This document shows, one piece after another, positions 47,745 through 57,597 of a DNA stretch of 64,000 bases (positions within the stretch are counted from its first letter, which is position 1; every line of letters starts with the position of its first letter). The stretch is from Eukaryota sp. TZLM1-RC (taxonomy: Eukaryota > Protista > Metamonada: BaSk clade): assembly GCA_040285825.1 (NCBI GenBank), contig JAUPSS010000005.1, positions 1,240,001 to 1,304,000 of the forward strand, written 5' to 3'. Under the pieces are notes generated by a model. It searched no databases. It had not been told where the DNA came from and worked only from the letters and a program-made list of their open reading frames with translations. The position numbers and the translations under genes are program-made.

Positions 47745-48118
47745 CTTAAAGCAAAAGAAAAACCTAGAAAAAGTGATACAGATATTGAAGAGGCTAATGC
47801 TGATAGAAATACACAGCTGGTTTTTATTGCTTTCCCATTTTCGACAAATGGAAGATTATCAGATGAAGCAGAAATTTTTTGAATGACTTCCAAAAAATGG
47901 TTCAAGAAAAAACAATGAAAAGATTTAAAATTTTTTATGGCGTTCACGGATTCAATTTGCCATTATTAAAAGATTACCTCGGTTTTTAAATCGTATAAGA
48001 GAAGCTTTATTTAGACAGCAAGCAGATCAAAATTTTGTAGAGGAAATCTTGGTTCAATGATAGTCGTCCCATTAGTTATAAATTAATTTAATTAAGTGTG
48101 CATGTTCAATAAATACTG
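47745..48118 (+). mobile_element. 5'-truncated family B insertion
   Basis: Matches the family B 3' end. 16-bp TSD AACTTTTGGG(C/T)AAAAT at 47729-47744 and 48119-48134, with one mismatch. Confidence 0.9.
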
Positions 48119-48244
48119 AACTTTTGGGTAAAATGCATATGTACTGAAGAGCATCTGCTGACTTTGGAATAACGTTTCATAAATGATTTAAACAGTCAAG
48201 ACTTGGTGACAACAATTGAAAATAAAACAAATAATAAAAACAAT

Positions 48245-48831
48245 AGTAAGATAAAACAATTGTTGACATGGATTGGAAATGAATTTTTCACTTTTCCGTT
48301 TGCGTGTAAAATATTTTCCTTGATCATGATTTTGACAATGCAGTTTTTGAATCAAGTTTTCTTCATTGGAATGATTGAATTTGTAAAGATGTTCCATAAA
48401 AATTGTTAGTTGCGTGAACAGTAAAAATTACTGCATCATTTTGTTTAATCAAATAGGAGAAAGTTCGTTGCTTCAAGACGCATCAAAGAGTCATCTGAAT
48501 TCAACAGGCAACGGATTTACTGTCGATGATGTGCTCAATTTATAACAACATTTTGAATCTAACTGATGACGCAATGTGTTGTTTTATTCATTTGAAGCAT
48601 AATACCCTACTGACAATTCAATCATGACATTTACTGCTGTTTAAATTTTTGATTGTCTTCATGATAACGTTCTTGCTTAAATGTATCTCTATCCACACTT
48701 CTAATATCTGATTACTTAAAAGATTATTTGACATTTACTAACATTTGGATAGTGAATACACATCATATTGGTCATATTTGAGAAACAGTAGTAAATGGTA
48801 ATTCTTTCACGATTTGAATATGGAACGCTGA
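48245..48831 (+). repeat. Dispersed direct repeat, copy 1 (unclassified)
   Basis: Highly similar to 53145-53713. Confidence 0.9.
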
Positions 48832-48844
48832 TCTCATTAATGTA

Positions 48845-51184
48845 TTGGGCTTAAGCCTTAACCTCAAGTCATTATCCTTAAGCCAAAATAAATCATTCAA
48901 TTTCAATTGTCAACAGTCTACATCCCTTGTACTCTCAGATATCACTCAATCATACACCTATCCTCCCCTTCAACACTTCCACAATTCTCTTACAATGTTT
49001 TCGCAACATCGACGCCTAACCCACATGTCCGAACCTTCGTGTGATCAAGAAGAAACACCTACACTGTGTAACCCTTGGCTAGGTCAAGATTATGTTGGGT
49101 ATCTGTCGAAAGCATCCCCTACAAATGAAGTTCTGATCAATCGGGAGGTTGGGATCAAGTCTATTTCCAGCAGTTATGGTCACATTCTTCTCCTTACCTA
49201 TTCTCATGAGGTTTATGGCTGGGGATGTAATGATAGGTGCCAAGTTTTGTATCAAGGACCCAAGACCATTAAATTACCAATCAAATTACCCTTTTGTGAT
49301 ATTGTTTCTATTTCAGCTGGCCGTAGTCACTCCCTTGCCTTATCTGCTGAAGGTAGGCTATATGGTTGGGGCTGTAATGAATTTAGCCAAATTAATAAAG
49401 ACAATTCTTTGATCCTTCCAATAACAAATCTGAAGTTTCCACATAATATTCAAAGTGAATTAGGCGTGGAAAATTTTCGAAAAGTTTTTACACATTCAGA
49501 TTTCTCTTTTGCCATCACTAGTGAAGGTCAAGTACTCTATTGGGGTCATTACAGAGAAGCTCAAATAATTAAACCTTTGAAAAATGTTGTTTCATTCTAC
49601 TCTTGTAGTAATAGTGTTTTAGTATTAACTGAATGTCACCAAATTTTCATGATTGTGATCAAATTTTCAGGTCCTGAGGTAAGTAGAGTTGATTTTACTG
49701 TTTTAAACCATTGTGAGAACATTTTCAAACAATCAATCATTTTTGATGGGAGTTCTGTCATTTCTCCTGATAATCATGGTTACTTACGAAAATCTCAAAT
49801 TATTTTTAACAAAAGACCATATCTGACGTCATCAATTAAGATGCAAGGTTTATCTAACATTAAATCTGCTTTTGGTGGCTTTAACATACAAGCTGCTATT
49901 GGTTATGATAATAAAGTCTTTGTGTGGGGTAATTTGAACACAATAAGTAATCTCTATGGTGAAGGAACTTTTCCAGTATGTGTAGAAGCTTTGACCGATA
50001 TAGAAGGCATTTCAGTAGGTCATGAATTCCTTTTTGCCTACAACAAAAACACTGTTTTGGCTTGGGGAAGGAACGATAAAGGTCAATTAGGTACAGGTGA
50101 TTTGATTGATCGACCACAACCTGTCAAAGTATTTGGTTCCGAATTACTTGGGACTTTTCAGCATTCAAAACAACCTTTAGATAGAATGTTTAGTGGTCTG
50201 ATCAAATTGGTTTTCTCTAATTACATTAATTTTTTAAATGAAATTCTTGACCATCACCCATATGCTAAGGCCAGATTTATTTGCAAATCCTTTATAAGTA
50301 AGAGATTGTCCCAACTTGCTTCTGAAGTATCGGAATCTACTATTTCACGCAAAATTTTAACTGATCCCATAGCAAATGAATTGAGCTATTCTGTTTCAAA
50401 GATGTCACTTTATCTACAACACGATGAGACAACAATCAATTTCTCAAACAATGCAGTTACTGATCTCAATTTCAAATGTTTTGATTTATTAAGGCATTTT
50501 GAAGTGTTAAGTTCAGTTCCTGATATAGAATCATTATCAATCACTGGTTTCAGTGGTAGCTCAATGGTGTACAATCATTTGAGATTAACACATTTGGTTA
50601 ATTTAAAGGTTTTGGAGCTTGATTACCATGTTAATAGTTTGCCTTTACTACCCACTTCCTTAGTGAAGCTCGTCTTGAAACAAGAAATACCCAGTATTTG
50701 TGATTTGGGGTATTTGAATTCATTGCAAATTTTGGAAGTTTATGATCATTACCTATCAAGTGGCATGTTAAGTGGACAAATTAAATTACCAAAGTCATTA
50801 ATATATTTGAAATCAATATCCTCAAACGCTAGTTCTATTAGCATTACTTTACCTTACCTTAAGGAGTTAGTTTTTCTAAGTGATGTGCCAAGAGAAATCT
50901 GTCAAACGAATTTTCCAAATGTAAGAATTGTCAAAATATTTGAATTTAATCGGTTCCATTCATCAAATTCTATCTTAAGTTCTCAATTATGTCCTGACAT
51001 ACTCAAACAAAGTGGAAAAATTAAATCTATAACACTTGTGAACCCTGTTACAATTTTGATTAATTTGAACTGTTTTCCATGGTGGATTCAGTTTCCTAGT
51101 AAATATTTTCCTGAAGACTGCTTAGATCAGGAAAGCACAGTTGAAGAACCTGATTGTTGTTCTTTTTTTGACTTGTTGTCTTAG
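48845..51184 (+). CDS. RCC1-repeat protein with LRR-like C-terminus
   Basis: YGWGCND, AGRSHSL, AWGRNDKGQLGTG; LVNLKVLELD..LPTSLVKL. The true start is probably an ATG near 48995-49025. Confidence 0.85.
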   Translation: MGLSLNLKSLSLSQNKSFNFNCQQSTSLVLSDITQSYTYPPLQHFHNSLTMFSQHRRLTHMSEPSCDQEETPTLCNPWLGQDYVGYLSKASPTNEVLINREVGIKSISSSYGHILLLTYSHEVYGWGCNDRCQVLYQGPKTIKLPIKLPFCDIVSISAGRSHSLALSAEGRLYGWGCNEFSQINKDNSLILPITNLKFPHNIQSELGVENFRKVFTHSDFSFAITSEGQVLYWGHYREAQIIKPLKNVVSFYSCSNSVLVLTECHQIFMIVIKFSGPEVSRVDFTVLNHCENIFKQSIIFDGSSVISPDNHGYLRKSQIIFNKRPYLTSSIKMQGLSNIKSAFGGFNIQAAIGYDNKVFVWGNLNTISNLYGEGTFPVCVEALTDIEGISVGHEFLFAYNKNTVLAWGRNDKGQLGTGDLIDRPQPVKVFGSELLGTFQHSKQPLDRMFSGLIKLVFSNYINFLNEILDHHPYAKARFICKSFISKRLSQLASEVSESTISRKILTDPIANELSYSVSKMSLYLQHDETTINFSNNAVTDLNFKCFDLLRHFEVLSSVPDIESLSITGFSGSSMVYNHLRLTHLVNLKVLELDYHVNSLPLLPTSLVKLVLKQEIPSICDLGYLNSLQILEVYDHYLSSGMLSGQIKLPKSLIYLKSISSNASSISITLPYLKELVFLSDVPREICQTNFPNVRIVKIFEFNRFHSSNSILSSQLCPDILKQSGKIKSITLVNPVTILINLNCFPWWIQFPSKYFPEDCLDQESTVEEPDCCSFFDLLS

Positions 51185-52259
51185 ATTTTCTAAAAGTAAC
51201 TTTTCTTAATCTTAATTTGTGCAGAAAGAGTATTTTACTCAGGTCAACACACTAGGCTTGAAACTATTGTTTTGTACATCACAACATCAAGAGCATTTTT
51301 AGATGTTCAAACAGCATTAAGCATTGAGGATTATTTACTCTGGTTCTCCTTGTCATCACAGTACTAATTGACACTGCGTGCGATACACCGTTCAAGTACC
51401 ATTTTTACTATGCAAGGTAATGAAGACCTTATTTTGTAAATGTAAGGTGTTGTAAATCGCTGAAGTATTTCAAAAACGCATTTTATTTATTCAATAATGA
51501 TTCTACCTTATTGTAGTCACTAGTAGAGACTTGATTTATTTAAAAATTTCACTAGGTTCAAAGAATTTTCATCATCGAAGAGCGGACAACATTCTAATCA
51601 TTCATTCTTGTTACACGAAACACATTAAGTAATTCAGATAAAAGTCTATCAAATAAATTGCACACTAATATCTCTAAATCAAGATCTAGAGAGGTTTGAA
51701 TGAAAGGACCTTATAGAATGATGTCTCAAGTGTGGTTGAAAGAGATCCTACTTCACCATTGAGCCATAGAACATGATATCTTGTGGGTCTTGAGCATTCT
51801 TCAGCATCTGAATTTAAGACATAGAACCTTCAATTTCGAAAAGATCTGCCTTACCTTTTTCGATTCAATTGTGTTAGTAAAAGTGTTACATATCCGGATA
51901 AACAGTTATTTGCAGGGAGAGTCAACGTAAAGTGTTGTACTTTTGAAAGTTGAACATTGATGTTTCTATTAGTTCATTAGTTCGTAAGTGTGCTTTTTAC
52001 TACAGTGAACCTGTAGCATTTTTGGATTTTTGCATTGTATCTGTGGGTATCTCACTAGTGAGTACATTAATATAGTACAGGTTAAAATAGAATTCTTTAT
52101 CATAATCCCATCTTACAGTGTATGCGTTATCTAACATACAGTTAGTAGGTATACCTTGTTGGACCACAATGAAACACAATGTAAAATAATAATATAATAA
52201 TATTATAATGTAAAATAAGTAAATAGCTGAATAAAAATATATGAGTGAAAAATTCATAA

Positions 52260-52790
52260 TTATTTTGAAGACCAGACAAAACTGTATGGGAAACCAAATT
52301 GTGTAACAATCATTTTCGATAATCCTATTTAATGAATCAATCTGTTTAGTCTTTGCCTCTCACCATTATGAAGTTATTTTCTCTCATGATCGTTCCAAGC
52401 AAGTATTTCCAAAACAAAGTGACATCGGTCAGCTTCATCACACTCTCACTCTCCCAGAAAGGTAGGGGTCAAGTGTATTTCTATTTCAAGAGACGGACCT
52501 TACCTAAAGAACCAATCAAAGAACAAACAAGGGGACATAAATTTTTCTGGACATGAATAATTCATTAACAGAATAAATAGGTTTCACGTATTGAGCAACA
52601 AGAGGATTATTCAAATCAGTACTAATTAAATGTTCATAAGAATAAATACCAGTGCAAGTGGAAATGTCATTTGATTTGCTTCTAGACCAGCTTTTTGAAC
52701 CATGAACAACCAAATCAACTCTTGCCAGATCATGAGAACGTCTATTGTGGCTAATATTATCAATGTAACGGTCTTCAAAATACAATTTTA
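52260..52790 (-). mobile_element. Decayed RLE/3' fragment of a CRE-type element
   Basis: LARVDLVVHG..EHLISTDLNNPL..YVPLF resembles the C-terminus of the 546-2727 element. Confidence 0.6.
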
Positions 52791-53144
52791 AATAACAATT
52801 TTAATTTTAAACATGTATAAAACATTAGCCATAAAAACTGAAGCATCTGAAAATTGTTGAAGCGTAATGATAACAAGGTTTGGGAAATGGGACTAAATTT
52901 GTTTGAAAAGGAATCTACTCAATCAGATTGTATCGTAGAGACAGAGGTGGAGGTGTTGAAGAACTTCTGTGACGAGAGGTCGGTTGAGAGCAATGAAGTG
53001 AAGAGTCTGTGGCTAGGAAAAGAAAGTCTTGATGAGAATCGTGACTTTCTGAAAAACCTAGAACATTGAATACGAAGTGAAAGTATTAAGAGCTCGTTTA
53101 ATAGAGTAGAGATCTGTTGAATAATTTGTGGATTTTGAATTAAA

Positions 53145-53713
53145 AGTAAGATAAAACAATTGTTGACATGAATGGGAAATGAATTTTTCACTTTTCCGTT
53201 TGCGTGTAAAATATTTTCCTTGATCATTATTTTGACAATACACTTTTTGAATCAAGTTTTCTTGATTGAAATGATTGAATTGGTAAAGATGTTCCATAAA
53301 AATTGTTAGTTGCGTGAAAAGTAAAAATTACTGTATCATTTTGTTTAATCAAATAGGAGAAAGTTCGTTGCTTCAAGACGCATCAAAGAGTCATCTGAAT
53401 TCAACAGGCAACGGATTTACTGTCGATGATGTGCTCAATTTATAACAACATTTTGAATCTAACTGTTGACGCAATGTGTTGTTTTATTCATTTGAAGCAT
53501 TACATCATATTGACAATTCAATCATGACATTTACTGCTGTTTAAATTTTTGATTGTCTTCATGATAACGTTCTGATTACTTGATAATATCTGATTACTTC
53601 AATGATTTTTTGACATTTACTAACATTTGGATAGTGAATACACATCATATTGGTCATATTTGAGAAACAGTAGTAAATGGGAATTCTGTCACGATTTGAA
53701 TATGGAACGCTGA
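53145..53713 (+). repeat. Dispersed direct repeat, copy 2 (unclassified)
   Basis: Highly similar to 48245-48831. Confidence 0.9.
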
Positions 53714-54110
53714 AAATGTTTTGATTTATGTGTTTTGGTTTATTTAATGTAAATTAAAAGTCTGAGACAATCCTTGAGATACTGTGTGCAGTGAAATGAT
53801 GAGAAACTCCTGTCGTCTATTGAAATAAACCACCTGAAACAATCATCTTTCATCATGAATAAAACACTTTGGAGTGTTTGAGTGGATAAGCATAATCAGA
53901 TTGTCTTTTGACAATAAAAAAGGAAAGAGAAAAGTGTTAAAACCTCCCAACACAAAGTTGAGGGTTAAAAACCTACCATAAAAGGTAACAAGAAGAAGTC
54001 GAGAATGGGTTGACAAGTGCAAAATTTGATATGGAAGCTCATAATTCACACTCCATGTCAGACACCTCCACCCTTGTGTTTCACCCACCATCTAAAGATA
54101 AATACTACAA

Positions 54111-54229
54111 TATTTCACCAAAAAAACCAAAAAAAAACTTGGAATTTATTTCACCAAAAAAACCAAAAAAAACTTGGAATTTATTTCACCAAAAAAAACC
54201 AAAAAAAACTTGGAATTTATTTCACCAAA
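54111..54229 (+). repeat. Tandem repeat, about 35-bp unit x3.3
   Basis: TATTTCACCAAAAAAACCAAAAAAAACTTGGAATT repeated. Confidence 0.9.
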
Positions 54230-55002
54230 TACAATGTCGAAAAGAAAGGTTCTCTCAACACAAGGGAAAACAAAAAGGTGACATGAAGTCGATTCGTAAA
54301 ATTAAACCAAAGTTTGGCAAACCTGGTGATTGTATGATAGTCATTGGTGATTGTAGTAAAGAGTCTGGATTTAAAAGGAAAGGGAAGTATCCATCTAAAG
54401 GAACACGTAAAAGAAAAGTATTGAGACAAGCCGGTTACCTTGTATATTTAGTCAATGAGGCATATATTTCAAAAAGATGCCATAATTGTGCCCGAAAGGG
54501 TACAATTGGAGAAAACACGGAAACTTCCTACAAATACGATGATCCCAACTTTACGAAAAAACTAAACTCACATAGATGGAATAATCATGTCAGAAAGAAA
54601 GATAAAATTTAAAGACTCAAATAATGCAAAAAAGGGAAAAAAAGAAAGTAAAAGTAAGAGAAAAGTTGGAAGAAGCAATGATAAGGGTACACACAGTGGC
54701 AGATACGAGGAAGAGTGAACACCGAAGTCTAGCAATTAGAGAATTAGTTGAAGAATTGAAAAATACCACCGAAAGAAAAAGAAAACGTATCAAAGCTTTT
54801 GGAAAAGGATGAATTAGCAACTATAAAGTTCGAAAAGTAGTTCCATTTGGTCTAAGGCAATGTAATCAATGCAAAACGCTCTGGAATCGAGATACTAATT
54901 CTGCACTAAATATTCATTTGTTGGCTGAAGACATTTTGGCTGGAAGAGAGAGAGAGATCAGAGGTGTTCAAGAGACAACAGTCTCAAACCAATGTTATTG
55001 AA
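54230..55002 (+). pseudogene. Fanzor1 C-terminal remnant (second, divergent family)
   Basis: FGKPGDCMIVIGD, GKYPSKG..RKVLRQAGYLVYLVNEAYISKRCHNC, then FGLRQCNQCKTLWNRDTNSALNI..LAGRER. RuvC-I is absent; one stop and a frameshift. Confidence 0.85.
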
Positions 55003-55145
55003 ACCACTGATGAAAGCAAGGGAGATGTTGATAATGATTCTGAAGGTGATGGTATACCAATGAGTCCGATTTAACAACCAAACCTCCATACATTATCACG
55101 AGTAGCGAATGCGAAGGTTAAGAAACAATGTATAGTATTGAAGTA

Positions 55146-55329
55146 TTTTTGTGGCGTTCACGGATTCAATTTGCCTTTATTAATAGATCACCTCGGTTTT
55201 TCGATCGAATAAGAGAAGCTTTATCTAGACAGCAAGCAGATCAAGATTTTGTAGAGGAAATCTTGGTTCAATGATAGTCGTCCCATTAGTTATGAATTAA
55301 TTTAATTAAGTGTGCATGTTCAATAAAAA
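55146..55329 (+). mobile_element. Short family B 3' insertion
   Basis: 10-bp TSD TATTGAAGTA at 55136-55145 and 55330-55339. Confidence 0.88.
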
Positions 55330-55346
55330 TATTGAAGTAACATAAA

Positions 55347-55829
55347 TTGGATTGATAATTCTGAAGCTATTGTTGACTTTGTCTCATGTAATGTTGCAAA
55401 CGATACTTTGGTTCACAGAAGAAAACTTAATCCTGTGGCTGCTCTGGATTTTAAAGCAAAAGAAAAACATAGAAAATATGATAAAGAAATTGAAGATGCA
55501 AATATCGATAGAAATACACAGCTGGTTTTTATTGCTTTTCCATTTTCGATAAATGGAAGATTATCAGTTGAAGCAGAAACTTTTTTGGATGACTTCCAAA
55601 AAATGGTGAAAGAAAAAACAATGAAAAGATTTGATATTTTTTTATGGCGTTCACGGATTCAATTTGCCATTATTAATAGATTACCGCGGTTTTTCAATCG
55701 AATTAGAGAAGCTTTAGCTAGACAGCAAGCAAATCAAGATTTTGTAGAGGAAATTTTGGTTTAATGATAGTCGTCCCATTAGTTATGATTTAATTTAATC
55801 AAGTGTGCAAATTCAATAAATTAATTGTT
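55347..55829 (+). mobile_element. Family B 3' insertion
   Basis: Near-identical to 37800-38273. 11-bp TSD AGTAACATAAA at 55336-55346 and 55830-55840. Confidence 0.9.
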
Positions 55830-55888
55830 AGTAACATAAACTTATCCACTTTAACTACTACTTAACCTAACAATCTTTTACACTTACA

Positions 55889-56993
55889 ATGGGTCAAAAA
55901 CCTTCACATCTTAACAATGGATCTATCTCTTTTGATGATACAGACGTAATCCGCACAAAAGACGATGTGTCTATCTCCCCTGAAGATTTTATAAAGCTCA
56001 AGGTCATTGGTAAAGGTAGCTTTGGCAAGGTATGCTCTGTCTTTCATATAACACCAGGTATTCCTCGTCAAGAAGAAAGACTCTGAAGAAATTTTCGCCA
56101 TGAAGGTCTTACACAAGGCCAAAGTAATAGAAAAACAACAAGTCGAGCACACAAGAACAGAACGAGAAGTACTTCAACGTATTAGACACCCCTTTATCGT
56201 TCCTCTCCATTATGCTTTTCAGACGAAGGAGAAGCTCTACATGGTGATGGACTACATAAGCGGGGGAGAACTCTTTTTCCACCTCAAAAATGAGGTAAGG
56301 TTCTCTGAAGACAGAGTTCGTCTTTATGCTGCTGAACTCGTCCTCGTTATTGAGTACCTCCACTCTCTTAACGTTATATACAGGGATCTCAAACCTGAAA
56401 ACATTCTTCTTGGCACAGATGGTCATATTTGCTTAACAGATTTTGGTCTCTCCAAAGCACATGTTATTGGTGATAAAGATGCTTCCACCTTTTGCGGAAC
56501 TCCCGAATACTTGGCCCCCGAAATCCTAAAAGACAGTGGTCATGGTAAGAATGTAGATTGGTGGTCTTTGGGCACGTTGTTGTACGAGATGCTGACGGGG
56601 TTACCACCGTTTTACTCACAGAACCAATCTTTAATGTATAAGAGAATCCTCCACTCGGAACTTACATTCCCCCATTTTCTATCTTCATCAGCAAAATCGT
56701 TATTGACTGGACTGTTGCAACGGGATGTGGCTAAAAGATTAGGCACGGGCGAGAATGGTGCTAGTAACATCAAAAATCACAGGTTTTTTGAAGGTGTTGA
56801 TTGGGATGGGTTGCTGAAAAAGGAGGTTAAAATGCCATTCATACCGGTCATAAAGGGGGCTGATGACGTCAGCAATTTTGATACTTGTTTCACTCAGGAA
56901 TTGCCCACAGAAACCCCAGTTGACCTGGAAGGTTTACCCAGTGGTCATGACCAGTTTAGCGGCTTTACATATGTTAATCAGGAAAGTAAATAA
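55889..56993 (+). CDS. AGC Ser/Thr kinase (Akt/SGK-like, no PH domain, probably N-myristoylated); intron 56030-56057
   Basis: Splicing the 28-nt GTATG...CAG intron gives GKGSFGK|VFLVKKK..FAMK. Also YRDLKPEN, DFG, TFCGTPEY and hydrophobic motif FSGFTY; MGQKPS N-terminus. Confidence 0.95.
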
Positions 56994-57597
56994 ATTAGTT
57001 TTTTTGAATTTGTATTGTTTTTAACATTAGACATTGGACTAAATCATTTATGAATATTGGACATTACGAGGCAACTGAGATGTGATCTTGACAATCTGAA
57101 CAATGAAGTACAGTGATAAGAGCGTGAGGACAACTTAAATAAAGCCATATATGAAGTCTATTGTGTCTAAGTTGTAATAATTTCTAGACAAATATCAACT
57201 AAATATGTTGATAACACATTCAACTTCTTTTAATTTAAGTTACTGGGCCAAGATCTTCGACTCCACAAATGAATAACAAAACAAATGAATGGTGAATTGA
57301 CTTGATTTTTAGTTGTTGAATTTTCCACGTTCTCTAACACTTCAGATATCAATTATGCTCATCCTCTGCGGAATATGAACATATTGTAGTTACCTTAATA
57401 AATCAAAATGAGCAAATTAAGTAAATTGCAATTTATTATTGTTTAAAAACAAAAGAAAAAATGAACAAATATTTTGGAAAGATAAATAAATAAAAATTGA
57501 TATACACATATACTAAATTTTAAAAAAAACCTAAACAACCAAAATCTTCCCAATAATAATAATAAAGACCATTAGAAAAACTATATTGACATTAAAT

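Noticed and set aside
54111-54229. CRISPR-like array next to a Cas12-related gene
   Set aside because: The units are contiguous with no unique spacers; it is a simple tandem duplication.
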